Under the pieces are notes generated by a model. It saw only the letters and a program-made list of their open reading frames with translations, searched no databases and was not told the origin of the DNA. Source: Candidatus Parcubacteria bacterium (GTDB lineage: Bacteria; Patescibacteriota; Minisyncoccia; Phycocordibacterales; CAIJYI01). Taken from it: a DNA stretch of 64,000 nt. Position numbers and translations under genes: made by a program. The DNA is taken from assembly GCA_026395595.1 (NCBI GenBank), contig JAPLYL010000002.1:122111-186110 (forward strand). Reading direction: 5' to 3'. Positions 9,869-20,127 of this stretch are shown here, in pieces (position 1 is the first letter of the stretch; each line of letters begins with the position of its first letter).

Positions 9869-11444
9869 TCAGTTCTTCTTCTCCCTATACCCCAACGCTT
9901 CGGCGAGATGTTTATCTTGTATGTTTTCACTTCCTGCCAAGTCGGCGATGGTTCGCGCAAGTTTTATAATCCGATGATACGCGCGCGGTGAAAGACCCAT
10001 GCGGGTTGCGGCGGAATTGAGGAGGTTTTTTTCTTTTTCTCCGAGCGGAGCGAATTTTTCCAAGTCTTTCGCGCTCATTTCGGAATTGGTATTTATACGT
10101 TTGCCTTCAAATCGTTTCGTTTGTGTTTCGCGAGCTTTTAAAACACGGTCGCGAATATTTTTTGAAGTATCGGTTCCCTCCGGCGCTTTGTCGGAAAGTT
10201 TTTTGTAATCAATTTCGGCGACGGGCAAAAAGATATCAATGCGATCCATAATTGGGCCGGAAAGTTTGCGTTCATATTTGTATATGTCGCCGGCCGAGCA
10301 GACGCACTCCTTTTTAGTACCCTTAAATCCGCACGGACAGGGATTCATCGCGGCGACCAAGATGAAATTCGCCGGAAACACTTCTGTCCCCTTCGCGCGA
10401 CTGATTGAAACAAATTTTTCTTCAAGCGGTTCTCGCAAGCTTTCCAAAACTCGTTTTTCAAATTCGGGAAACTCATCTAAAAACAAGACTCCGCGATGTG
10501 CGAGGGTTACTTCGCCCGGTTTTGGAAAAGCTCCGCCTCCGATCAGTGAAACATATGAAGAAGTATGATGCGGAGCGCGAAATGGGGCGGTGGTGACAAG
10601 CGGTTCTTTAAGTGTGCCGGAAATAGAGTGAATCCCCGTTATCTCCAGAGCTTCTTCAAAAGAAAGTTCTGGCAGTAATTGCGAAAAAGCGCGCGCCAGC
10701 ATAGTTTTCCCTGTACCGGGCGGGCCGAACATAAGAACATTATGCTTTCCTGTTGCGGCGATTTCCAAACCTCGTTTTGCGGTTTCTTGCCCCCCGTACG
10801 TCTTCAAAGCCGTATTCACGCAGTGTTTCTCTTTTTTCAACTCTTCCCGGAACATGAGGCGGAATAGCCTTCGAAGCTGTTTCATCTTCAGATGTCATAG
10901 TATTCAGGTGTCTAATGACCTGTAAAAGCGTTTTACATCCAAAAACCGTAATACCCTCAATGATTGAGGCTTCATCTGCATTCTCATATGGCAGAAAAAC
11001 TTCGGTAAAACCTTTTTCTTTTGCTTTTTGAACCAGAGGAAGCGCCCCTTTAATAGGACGCAGTTCCCCGTTTAATCCGAGTTCTCCCAAGAAAAGTTTT
11101 TCTTTGGTATCAAACTTTATTTCTCCGCCGGCTAACAAGTATGTTAATGCGCACGCGAGATCAAAAAGAGTCCCCTCTTTTTTTATATTTGCCGGAGTGA
11201 GAGAAATTATTATTTTCTGATTTTTTGCTTTCGGTGATTTATACCCGGAATTCTTTATTGCTGCGGAAATGCGGTCTTTTGATTCATCAACGGATTTGTC
11301 GGGAAGTCCTACGACGGAAAAAGAGGCCATTCCTTTAGAAATATCCACTTCCACACAGACAATATGAGCGCGCAGTCCGACAGATTGAGCGCTATAACTT
11401 TTTGCGAAACCCATGATACATAAGAAATAAGCAAAAAGAAACAA
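9869..11444 (-). CDS. comM: Mg-chelatase-like AAA+ ATPase ComM/YifB, interrupted by a 1-nt frameshift in a G6/C6 tract (~10791-10796)
   Basis: The 10740..11444 ORF gives the Lon-like N-terminal domain; the 9869..10885 ORF gives Walker A GPPGTGKT and the C-terminal Mg-chelatase domain; the frames join as ...GFEDVRG|QETAKRGLEIAATG, the expected YifB junction. Confidence 0.8.
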
Positions 11445-11499
11445 GAGAAAAGGAAAGTTACCCCCCTATTTTTCTTATTGCTTTTTTCTTTTTTCTCGT

Positions 11500-11862
11500 T
11501 TAATTGTTAATATGCTCTTTACATGTTTCTGCTGCTGGATTTGCTTCCAAACGGTCATCTTCTATTTCTCCTTGGCAAACTCGGCAAATGCCGTACTCCC
11601 CTTTTTCTATTCTTTCAAGAGCCGCTTTTATCTCATTAAAACGGACTTCCAGTTCTGTTTCAACCGCGCTTCTTTCTTCAAATTCTTCAAATTTGTCCGC
11701 GAGAGAATTTTCATCTTCGGTATCAATATCTTGCGTGTCTCCCGGAGTTGCCTCCCAGTCATTCGGATTTGACGGGTTTATTCGTCCGACGCCTTTCAGT
11801 TCTTCTCCAAGTTGTTTCTTTTCCATTAAAAGCGCTTCCTTAAAGTGTTCAATGTTTTTCAT
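11500..11862 (-). CDS. DksA/TraR-family C4 zinc-finger protein
   Basis: C-terminal CRVCQGEIEDDRLEANPAAETCKEH is a CxxC-N17-CxxC finger, preceded by an acidic coiled-coil region. Confidence 0.7.
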   Translation of the reverse strand: MKNIEHFKEALLMEKKQLGEELKGVGRINPSNPNDWEATPGDTQDIDTEDENSLADKFEEFEERSAVETELEVRFNEIKAALERIEKGEYGICRVCQGEIEDDRLEANPAAETCKEHINN

Positions 11863-12015
11863 ATGCGTTTATGATAGCAAATTTTTTTTCTTGCTACAAT
11901 TATTTCTATTTTATCCAAGCTATTCACATCTCCCCCTTATTTTTCTCGTCATTCTACCGCAAAGGTACCCAGTTTTCATAACCGCTTCATTCCTTCAGAA
12001 TTACCCTAAGTTTAC

Positions 12016-12042
12016 TTGACATTACTTTTTATGTTGTATACT
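12016..12042 (+). promoter_or_regulatory. candidate promoter (TTGACA-15-TATACT) with a downstream 14-bp palindrome
   Basis: TTGACA at 12016-12021, TATACT at 12037-12042, and the palindrome GCTTCTGCAGAAGC at 12085-12098 ahead of the 12137 ORF. Confidence 0.35.
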
Positions 12043-12136
12043 GTATAACAACTTAAGTCACTGGTGTGATTTAGGTAAGTAGGCTTCTGCAGAAGCAGAA
12101 ACTATATGTCTTTGTTCTATGAAATAGGAAAAGAAA

Positions 12137-12475
12137 ATGATATTTATAAAAGATTGCGTTACCCGCCAAAAGTTTATTGAGTTAGTTGAATTTAGTCTTG
12201 CGCCAGAGTGTCAGTTCTTAATAGCCGTGAAACCAAAAACGAATATTGTTAATGATCATTTGTTTCAAAATGGTTCTATTATATCCTTTCTGAAGGTTGA
12301 AGAACACATTTTTGAAGATGTTGACGCGCAAGGTTTAGCAACACTTTGGGCCGGATTTTCAGTGAAAATTCTTGTTGAAGACGAGTATTGGGTTAAAAAA
12401 GAAAAAAGATACTACAAGTCAGAAATAACTCCTCCTGAAATTCTAAATAAAGTTGCCGAAATTTTAAGTCGGTAA
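12137..12475 (+). CDS. hypothetical protein
   Basis: 112-aa ATG-initiated ORF with a terminator directly after it. Confidence 0.4.
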   Translation: MIFIKDCVTRQKFIELVEFSLAPECQFLIAVKPKTNIVNDHLFQNGSIISFLKVEEHIFEDVDAQGLATLWAGFSVKILVEDEYWVKKEKRYYKSEITPPEILNKVAEILSR

Positions 12476-12493
12476 ATAGCGATTAATCCTATC

Positions 12494-12526
12494 ACACCCC
12501 TTTGATACTATCAAAGGGGTGTTTTT
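12494..12526. terminator. bidirectional rho-independent terminator
   Basis: ACACCCCTTTGA...TCAAAGGGGTGT hairpin followed by TTTTT, between convergent genes. Confidence 0.7.
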
Positions 12527-12529
12527 CTC

Positions 12530-13807
12530 TTACTTTTTCTTTAACTCCACATCAAGCCGTCGGGAAAGTTCAAAAAGCGTATTGTTATTTGTGGTGATAA
12601 TAAGAGTATTTTGGTCTTTGAACATATAGACAAGAGCGATGCTTTTATCAAAATTGTATAAAACGCGCGTATCTTTGTTTTTTGTGACCAGGTCGCTCCA
12701 TGTTCTTTGTCCGAGTTCGCCTTCTCCAATCGTTCCAAAAAGAGGTTTTAGATCTTGAGCCATGGTCCCTTCCCACCCAAGCATTCCCACAAAAGCGTTG
12801 TCATAATAATCTGTTTTGAGAATAAGAAATGGCTGGTTTCCGTTGAAGGTATGGTATCCAAACATGAAATCATCCTTTATGGTGCGAAGAATTATTTGAG
12901 GAACCGGTATTTCAAGTTTTTCAATAATTTTTTTTGCTGAAATTAAATTTTTCTTTTTAACAAGACCTGTATCGGTTTGAGTCAGGAGGGTTTCCGTAAA
13001 AAAGAGATATTTTACGGTATCAAGCTTTGGTTTTGAAGAAGTTACCTCCTGCTGAATTTCTTGAGAAAGAACTTTTTCATTTTTTTCATCGGTGGAAATT
13101 TCCTGTATTTGTTCCGTACTGATAAGAGGAACCACTTTAACCTCAGTAAGAAGTTGTTCTCCTTTTGATGGCAGGAAAAAAGTGTAATAGACAACTCCGG
13201 CGGTCGCCAAAAAGAAAAGAGTGGAAAGAACGATAAGAGTGATATTTTTTCGTGATTTTGGTGATTCCCTCTCTTCTTTTTTGTATTTGTTTTTTTGTTC
13301 TTCCAAAACCATTCGGACGAGAGAAGTTTTTTGGTCTTTAATCACTCCCGCTACATCTTTTTTGTAGGTACGAAGAGTCGGAATATCTGATGGGTCTACT
13401 TTTGTTTGCGTTTTTATTTCATCAAGCTTCTCTTTAGGCAGAATGGATATTTTTTTTGCGCTTGTGTTTTGTTGTGGAATATCGTCAGTTTTTGTATGAG
13501 ATTCTTTTGTTTTTTCAATCGGCGCAATATCGCTCATATCAATCGTTGGCTCAAGTATTTTGCTTTGTTCTGGAAGATGGGAACCCCTTAAGATATCAAC
13601 AGTTTCTTCAGTCTGTTTTTTTTGAGGTATAGAAGGAATAACTGTTTCCGAAGGTGTTTGCTCTTTTTGCGGCACATCAAAAACGATACCTTCACTGAGT
13701 AACAGTGATGGATTCTTTTGCGGTATATCAAAAGGAATGTTTTTGTCCGCATTTTTCTGCGGGATATTCCCTAAAATTCCCTTTTTTGGAATTTTGTCTT
13801 CATCCAT
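12530..13807 (-). CDS. hypothetical membrane-anchored protein with N-terminal (F)D(I/V)PQK repeats
   Basis: 425 aa; four repeats (NIPFDIPQKNPS, VFDVPQKEQT, SIPQKKQT, DDIPQQNTS); one TM segment (LIVLSTLFFLATAGVVYYTFFL); a C-terminal globular domain. Confidence 0.5.
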   Translation of the reverse strand: MDEDKIPKKGILGNIPQKNADKNIPFDIPQKNPSLLLSEGIVFDVPQKEQTPSETVIPSIPQKKQTEETVDILRGSHLPEQSKILEPTIDMSDIAPIEKTKESHTKTDDIPQQNTSAKKISILPKEKLDEIKTQTKVDPSDIPTLRTYKKDVAGVIKDQKTSLVRMVLEEQKNKYKKEERESPKSRKNITLIVLSTLFFLATAGVVYYTFFLPSKGEQLLTEVKVVPLISTEQIQEISTDEKNEKVLSQEIQQEVTSSKPKLDTVKYLFFTETLLTQTDTGLVKKKNLISAKKIIEKLEIPVPQIILRTIKDDFMFGYHTFNGNQPFLILKTDYYDNAFVGMLGWEGTMAQDLKPLFGTIGEGELGQRTWSDLVTKNKDTRVLYNFDKSIALVYMFKDQNTLIITTNNNTLFELSRRLDVELKKK

Positions 13808-14042
13808 ATGAAATTATGGTTAATAAAACCGATCTGGTTTTATGTCGCGTGATTATATTTTTGAGATGTTTCCTTTTTTTTGATTCTTTAATTTCAACCC
13901 AACCGAAATAACACATCCCTCTTTTATAATATCACTTCCTTTACTTACGCGAAACGGTGGAATTTCTGAAATGTGGACAAGTCGCCATCATATTTTCATT
14001 TTGCAAAAAAAGTCCCGGCTATTTGCCGGGACTTTTTAAAAA

Positions 14043-16268
14043 TTAAGATCTATTCGTACGCGGTGTAAAAGGACGGTCATGTCCGCCTCTGAATGTTCCG
14101 CGGTCTCCTCCAAAAGTTCTTCCCTGAGATCCGCTCGGACCAACACCCGGTGCTGCCGGTTTGACGCCTTTTCTTGCGGCAAATTCCGGATCGGCTTGCT
14201 TGATGGAAAGTTTCATTTTTCCTCGGTCATCAACTTCACGGATCATAACAGTGACTTCCTCCCCTTCTTGTACGACATCGCTTACTTTATTTACTCGGAA
14301 CGGGGCTAACTCCGAAATATGAACGAGCCCCTCGTTGTTTATGCCGAATTGCACGACGGCTCCGATATCATCCAAGACTTTGATGACCTTTCCGGTATAT
14401 TTTTCTCCCGGTTTGTAAACATGAGTCATTCCTTCAATAAATTTCTTTGCTTTTTCCGCTCCGCCGCCTTTTCCGGTGATAAATACCGTACCGTCATCGT
14501 CAATATCTATTTCCGTCCCAGTCGCTTCGCGTATTTTATTGATTATTTTTCCTCCCGGGCCGATAATACCTCCTATTTGTTCGGGAAGAATTTTAACCGT
14601 CAAAATTTTTGGCGCAAAGAGTGAAATATCCGCGCGAGGAGTTGCCAATTCTTTCTCAATGACATCAAGAATCTGAAGGCGAGCGGTTTTTGCCTTTGCA
14701 AAAGATTCCGTAAGAATTTTTACCGGTATGCCGTCTACTTTAACGTCCATCTGTATGGCGGTAATTCCTTCGCGAGTCCCGGCCACTTTCAAGTCCATAT
14801 CTCCGTGGTGATCTTCCGGACCTTGAATGTCCATGAGAATTTTGTAAGTCTTTTCGTCTTCCATCATGAGGCCCATCGCGATGCCGGCAACCGGCGCTTT
14901 GATAGGCACTCCGCCGTCCATAAGCGCCAAGGTTGAACCGCAAACCGAAGCCATAGAGGTTGAACCGTTTGATGCCATAGATTCGGATACGACGCGAATC
15001 GTATACGGGAAAATATCTTTTGTCGGGAGTACGGGGATAAGCGCTTTTTCTGCAAGTGCTCCGTGTCCGATCATTCTTCGGTTCGTTCCGCCCATTCTTC
15101 CTGTTTCACCGCCTGAATACGGAGGAAAATTGTAATGATGCATATACGTCTTCTCTTTTTCAGATCCGTCTATCGTTTGAGAATCTTTTGGCCCACCAAG
15201 AGTCAAGACAGAAAGAACATGCGTTCCTCCGCGATAAAATACGCCGGTACCATGAAGTACGGAAGAAATTCCGCCCGCTTTTGCCGAAAGATTTCGCAGT
15301 TCGTCCATCCCGCGTCCATCCGGTCTGCTGTTGTTTTTTATGGCCTCTTTGTGGAGAAGTTCATTTACTTGGTGGTGGAAATACTCTTTTGCTTTCCCCA
15401 CATCTTCGCCGGGAAGTTTTTCTTCTACTATTTTCCCCCATTCTTCCTCTAATTCATAACCGATTTTGCTTCCGGGGCCGACATAGAGCTTTTCTTTTAA
15501 TGTTTTTCCGACCTCTTCTTCAAAAAGGGCTTTAACGACAGCCGAATGACCAGTTGCGGGAATCAAAACTTTCTTTTTTCCTATTTCCTTCACAATCATT
15601 TTTTGGAAATCTTGGAGATTTTCAAGTTCTTTCTTTGCTTTTTCCAAGGCCTTGCTTGCTGTTTCTTCGTTTATTTCTTTTCCTCCGAGTTCTATCATAT
15701 TGATATTACCGTCTTTTCCGCAGACCGTCATATCCATTTCGTATTCGGGAAGTTCTCGTTCTGTGTTATTCGGATTGACGATAAATTCCGCTACTCCTTT
15801 TTTCTTCCCCAGTCTCAAAGCGGAAACCGGGCCATTGAAAGGAATATCGGAAGTGGCAAGAGCCAAAGAACCGGCAATAACGGAAAGAACATCAGTCTCG
15901 CATTCCCCAAGTGCCAATACCGTAATAACCACCTGTATTTCTTTGCGAATATGCTGGTCAAAGAGCGGTCTGATGGTTCGGTCTACAACGCGTCCGGAAA
16001 GTATGCCTTCGTTTGAGGGCTTCCCTTCTCTTCGCACATAACGGCTTCCAAGAATTTTCCCCGAAGCGTAAAAGCGTTCTTCGTAATCAACGGTGAGGGG
16101 CAGATAATCAATACCTTCTCTTTCGTTGCCTCCGATAACGGCGGTAGCGAGTACGACGGTGTCGTTATATCGCACGATAACCGAGCCATTCGTCTGGTCA
16201 GCAAGGTCAGTAAATTGAGCAATCAACGGTTTCCCCCCTATTTCTACGGAGTATTCTTTGCTTTGCAT
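14043..16268 (-). CDS. pnp: polyribonucleotide nucleotidyltransferase (PNPase) with a Gly/Arg-rich C-terminal tail
   Basis: Two RNase PH-like domains followed by KH and S1 domains; the ~45-aa C-terminal tail is RGG/GR-rich; the likely start is MQSKEY (the ORF track extends to 16319). Confidence 0.9.
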   Translation of the reverse strand: MQSKEYSVEIGGKPLIAQFTDLADQTNGSVIVRYNDTVVLATAVIGGNEREGIDYLPLTVDYEERFYASGKILGSRYVRREGKPSNEGILSGRVVDRTIRPLFDQHIRKEIQVVITVLALGECETDVLSVIAGSLALATSDIPFNGPVSALRLGKKKGVAEFIVNPNNTERELPEYEMDMTVCGKDGNINMIELGGKEINEETASKALEKAKKELENLQDFQKMIVKEIGKKKVLIPATGHSAVVKALFEEEVGKTLKEKLYVGPGSKIGYELEEEWGKIVEEKLPGEDVGKAKEYFHHQVNELLHKEAIKNNSRPDGRGMDELRNLSAKAGGISSVLHGTGVFYRGGTHVLSVLTLGGPKDSQTIDGSEKEKTYMHHYNFPPYSGGETGRMGGTNRRMIGHGALAEKALIPVLPTKDIFPYTIRVVSESMASNGSTSMASVCGSTLALMDGGVPIKAPVAGIAMGLMMEDEKTYKILMDIQGPEDHHGDMDLKVAGTREGITAIQMDVKVDGIPVKILTESFAKAKTARLQILDVIEKELATPRADISLFAPKILTVKILPEQIGGIIGPGGKIINKIREATGTEIDIDDDGTVFITGKGGGAEKAKKFIEGMTHVYKPGEKYTGKVIKVLDDIGAVVQFGINNEGLVHISELAPFRVNKVSDVVQEGEEVTVMIREVDDRGKMKLSIKQADPEFAARKGVKPAAPGVGPSGSQGRTFGGDRGTFRGGHDRPFTPRTNRS

Positions 16269-16469
16269 ATTTTTACGGAGTGGTCGCCAGATTCTAGTAC
16301 TGAAACAGAAAAAACTCATATTTCAATCCTAATATCCGCCGATCACCATTATTTTTGTAATGAATAATGCAAACACTATATCAATGTTTAAAAGAGAAAA
16401 CAAAGTTGACAAAGATATGTAAATGATTTAGATTAATAATCGGATTTGATACAGAGGGAGAAAAAAAAG

Positions 16470-16748
16470 ATGTCATTAGTTGAAATTACCGAAGAACAAC
16501 AAAAAATTTTAGACAAATATGAGTTTGAACGCCTTGCTTCAGAAAGAGACGAGATTACAAAGAAAATTTTTGTGTACAGATTTTTAACTTTTAAACCGAT
16601 GATTTTTGAAGAAGATCCTGAACTTCTGGAAAAACTCAACGAAAAAATTCGTTTAGGTGAATCTCAGCAAAAAGAAGTTGACATAAAACTTGCTGTTCTC
16701 CGTAAAAAACTCGGCATAGAAACACCGACCATCAATACAGAGTTGTAA
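16470..16748 (+). CDS. hypothetical protein
   Basis: ATG at 16470 is preceded by AGGGAG; the ORF track starts earlier, at a TTG (16446). Confidence 0.4.
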   Translation: MSLVEITEEQQKILDKYEFERLASERDEITKKIFVYRFLTFKPMIFEEDPELLEKLNEKIRLGESQQKEVDIKLAVLRKKLGIETPTINTEL

Positions 16749-16756
16749 AAAGCTTA

Positions 16757-16786
16757 AAAACGCCCAGAATCTGGGCGTTTTTTTAT
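16757..16786 (+). terminator. rho-independent terminator
   Basis: AAAACGCCCAG-AAT-CTGGGCGTTTTTTT. Confidence 0.75.
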
Positions 16787-17508
16787 AATTTTTGAAATAA
16801 AAGCTTGAATATTTTTCGCTGAAATTCCGCAATCATAGGATTTTCAATAATAACAGCCGTTTCGGTATTATAATCAACGAAAGCTATTTTATCGCCGTAA
16901 ATAAGCTGGGTTATGTCATATTCAAAAAGGTCAAAACTTTTCGGAATTATTTTTACCGATTTTTCAAACTTTATTTTTTTCCATTTTTTTGAACCTTCAT
17001 TCGTGATGACATACCTTTCCAGTTGTTTTTCATCGCGCAGTTTTGTGTAATTTTCCGAAACATAATATCCTCGTTTTTTCAGTATGGTGGGGGAACTGTA
17101 TCGATAAAACGTATCCCCTTTTTTGAGAGTGGCGACAATATCGTCATAAACCTTTCGTACTCCCTCTGTACCGTCAAGAAAGATGGTAAACGGTCGTTTT
17201 TCTTTTTTGTTGAATTCTGACAACATTTCAGGAAGAGCGCGGTTGAGATCGTTGCCAAGAGAAGATAGCAGAGAAGCAAGTTTTTCCGGCGATGCCGCCA
17301 TAAACAACTTTCTTTTTCCTTTTATGGTTGTGTTTACCAAATTTCGTTCTTGAAGTTTTGGAAGCACTTTATACACTTCCGGACGATACAATTTTGTTGC
17401 GGCGGATATTTGAGAAATAGAAAGATTGCCTTTGTGTAAAAGAGCAAGGTATACAGCGCTTTCTTCTTTTGAAAGTCCTATTTTTTGTAAAATATCATTT
17501 GTTTCCAT
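16783..17508 (-). CDS. TrmB-family transcriptional regulator (HTH)
   Basis: N-terminal wHTH (ILQKIGLSKEESAVYLALLHKGNLSISQISAATKLYRPEVYKVLPKLQERNLV) followed by a TrmB-like C-terminal domain; the likely start is METNDI. Confidence 0.65.
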   Translation of the reverse strand: METNDILQKIGLSKEESAVYLALLHKGNLSISQISAATKLYRPEVYKVLPKLQERNLVNTTIKGKRKLFMAASPEKLASLLSSLGNDLNRALPEMLSEFNKKEKRPFTIFLDGTEGVRKVYDDIVATLKKGDTFYRYSSPTILKKRGYYVSENYTKLRDEKQLERYVITNEGSKKWKKIKFEKSVKIIPKSFDLFEYDITQLIYGDKIAFVDYNTETAVIIENPMIAEFQRKIFKLLFQKL

Positions 17509-17683
17509 GATATGTATTATATTTAATACACATTTTATTGTCAATAATATGGCTTACAATATAATAAAAATAGAAAACAGATAAAAATATCATACAAATG
17601 TGAACAATAAAATAACAAATTTATTTACCGTTGATATATAGTGGAAACAGAACTTCATTGATAACAATATAAAAGGGGTTGCC

Positions 17684-18112
17684 ATGAACGACATCACTCA
17701 AAAAACATTCAGCGTTATTTGCCAAAAATGGGAAGAAAGCGAAAGTGGTTGGGGTTCCAGACCGGACGGATACAGCCTGCATTTGTCTTTTGAAGACAGC
17801 AAAGCTTTTATTGACGGTTATTGGAAAGGAATGCCGGACGAAGTTCCGGACGAATACTCCCGCCCTTGCGGTACTGTTTATAAATGTTTTGTCTCTGAAG
17901 AAGTTTATTTAGAAGTAAAAGCAAGTTCGAATGGGTTGCGGTTTTGGAATGACGACTATCCCGTCGGCGACACCGATGGATGGATGAATGTTCCAAATAC
18001 CCCAGACCTCTCTTCTGATGAGAAGGAAACATTGGTGATGGTTGAAGCGGTAAAAAAACTTCTTTCTTTACCACAAAAAGATTTATTAGAATTGCTTAAA
18101 AAATACCAATAA
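17684..18112 (+). CDS. hypothetical protein
   Basis: 142-aa ORF with no family I recognise. Confidence 0.4.
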   Translation: MNDITQKTFSVICQKWEESESGWGSRPDGYSLHLSFEDSKAFIDGYWKGMPDEVPDEYSRPCGTVYKCFVSEEVYLEVKASSNGLRFWNDDYPVGDTDGWMNVPNTPDLSSDEKETLVMVEAVKKLLSLPQKDLLELLKKYQ

Positions 18113-18143
18113 ATCAAACACTATATAGATAAAAGGTATCTTT

Positions 18144-18770
18144 ATGGACATAAACAAAAATATCACTAATCGTGAACTTTTTTTAAAAAAGTTCAGCCCC
18201 TATTTGAGCGCTTTTGGAATGGAACGCATCTATGATGCTTATAGATTTGCAAAATATGCTCATAAAGAACAGTATCGCACTGATGGTTGCCGATATGTTG
18301 AACACCCTCGCGCTATGGTTAAGATTCTTGCTGATGAGCTCGGTATCGTTAATGATTGGAAGCTTATCGTCACCGCTCTTCTTCATGATGTTTGGGAGGA
18401 CACATGGCTTTTGACCCCAAGTTTGACCAAAAAGATATTCGGCGGAGATATTGCCTTATGGCTTTCTTTTTTAACGAGAGAAAAAGAGCACAGTAAAGAA
18501 GAATTTCCCAGGTATATTGGCAAAATATCGGAATCCGGTATCTGGCAAGTTGTTTTGATTAAGGTCTGCGATCGATTGCATAATTTGCGGACTTTGAAAA
18601 ATCTTGATATTGACCGACAAAAAAGATATTTGCACGAAACTGAAACGTATTTTTATGATCTTGCGAAGGTTCTGATCCAGCTTGCGCCTAAACGTTTAAG
18701 TAAAAAAATGGTACTTCTGGAACAGGCGCTTATTTTTGAAATAAATACCTTGAAAATCGCAAGATCATAA
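18144..18770 (+). CDS. HD-domain protein, RelA/SpoT-like (p)ppGpp hydrolase domain
   Basis: YAHKEQYRTDGCRYVEHPRAMV...LLHDVWEDT matches the HD_4 / small-alarmone-hydrolase motif pattern. Confidence 0.6.
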   Translation: MDINKNITNRELFLKKFSPYLSAFGMERIYDAYRFAKYAHKEQYRTDGCRYVEHPRAMVKILADELGIVNDWKLIVTALLHDVWEDTWLLTPSLTKKIFGGDIALWLSFLTREKEHSKEEFPRYIGKISESGIWQVVLIKVCDRLHNLRTLKNLDIDRQKRYLHETETYFYDLAKVLIQLAPKRLSKKMVLLEQALIFEINTLKIARS

Positions 18771-18799
18771 GGTTTTAAAGACAAAAAGATTTGACCTGA

Positions 18800-18827
18800 A
18801 GACCGCCTTAATCGGCGGTCTTTTTTA
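18800..18827 (+). terminator. rho-independent terminator
   Basis: AGACCGCC-TTAATC-GGCGGTCT followed by TTTTTT. Confidence 0.75.
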
Positions 18828-18889
18828 TTTCTCATTTATATTCGCAGGTATTCCTTGCTCAATTCCCTTTCCTCTATTATTCTTATGAT

Positions 18890-19663
18890 ATGAAAATCAT
18901 CTCTTGGAACATCAATGGTATTCGCGCGACAAATAAGAAGAAGCTTTTTCTTCCTTTTTTGGAACAAGCAAAACCAGACATTCTTTGTCTGCAAGAAACA
19001 AAAGTGACCAAAGAACAACTTCCGGAAGAGTTAGTTACCATACCAGGATATTTCTCGTATTTTGCCTCGCCGGATACCAAGAAGGGGTATAGCGGGGTGG
19101 CTATTTATACCAAAGAAGAGCCGATAAAGATTGAATACGGAATAGGAAATCCCGAATTTGATAAGGAAGGTCGTGTTATTGTGGCCTATTACCCCGAATT
19201 TGTGCTTTTAAACGCATATTTTCCGAACGGCGGAGGAGGAGAAGAACGATTGAAGTATAAAATGGATTTTTATGATGCTTTTCTTTCTTTTATAGACCGT
19301 TTAAGGAAGAATGGACACAAAATTATTTTTTGCGGAGATGTAAATACGGCGCATGAAGAAATAGATCTTGCGCGTCCAAAACAAAATGAAGATAATACCG
19401 GATTTCTTCCCGAGGAACGCGCGTGGATTGATGAGGTCATCTCACACGGTTATACCGACACTTTTCGCAACGAACATCCGACAAAAAAAGATATTTATAC
19501 CTTCTGGGATATGAAGAGTCACGCGCGCGATAGAAATGTCGGTTGGAGAATAGATTATTTTTTTGTTAGCAACAATCTTTTACCGAAAATAAAGTCAACA
19601 CATATTTTATCTAATATTCTCGGTTCTGATCACTGCCCAATTTCGCTCTCAATAGAGCCGTAG
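18890..19663 (+). CDS. xthA: exodeoxyribonuclease III (AP endonuclease)
   Basis: N-terminal MKIISWNINGIRA, the EEP-fold motif order, and C-terminal GSDHCP. Confidence 0.9.
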   Translation: MKIISWNINGIRATNKKKLFLPFLEQAKPDILCLQETKVTKEQLPEELVTIPGYFSYFASPDTKKGYSGVAIYTKEEPIKIEYGIGNPEFDKEGRVIVAYYPEFVLLNAYFPNGGGGEERLKYKMDFYDAFLSFIDRLRKNGHKIIFCGDVNTAHEEIDLARPKQNEDNTGFLPEERAWIDEVISHGYTDTFRNEHPTKKDIYTFWDMKSHARDRNVGWRIDYFFVSNNLLPKIKSTHILSNILGSDHCPISLSIEP

Positions 19664-19689
19664 TTTGTCGTGTCCTTTAAGGAAATTTA

Positions 19690-19708
19690 GTTATCCACAG
19701 TTATCCAC
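19690..19708 (+). promoter_or_regulatory. two tandem perfect DnaA boxes (TTATCCACA g TTATCCACA)
   Basis: Exact matches to the 9-mer consensus at 19690-19698 and 19700-19708, immediately after the xthA stop. Confidence 0.5.
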
Positions 19709-19956
19709 ATTAAAGGACTTGCGTATAAAGGACAAGGAAGTATAATAATAATCAGATAGTGATTCAATAAATAGATAACCAAGGGAACTTATTTGTTCTA
19801 CCGCCTCAACAAAGGCAACCATCTATAAAAACATTATCATAGTCAGTCACATTTGTTCTTTCCTAGGTCACAAAAAATAGAATATACCCCAAGGGCCGCA
19901 CATGCGGCCCTTTATTTATTATTGGTGCTAACCGAGCGGTCTTTTTCGCGACCTTT

Positions 19957-20029
19957 GCTTTATTTTTTAAAAATTATCGTGGAGCAGTACTATTTGTACA
20001 GCTCCGCGATAATTTTTAAAAAATAAAGC
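19957..20029. repeat. 29-bp inverted repeat (1 mismatch) with a 15-bp spacer
   Basis: GCTTTATTTTTTAAAAATTATCGTGGAGC ... GCTCCGCGATAATTTTTAAAAAATAAAGC. Confidence 0.6.
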
Positions 20030-20127
20030 AAATTCTTGCCCTGCCGTAGCTTTAGCGAAGGAGGGTCATCGAAAAATCCTCGCTCTTTGTTTTGTTGTGT
20101 TTACAGGTGATTCTGAACCATAAGCCT

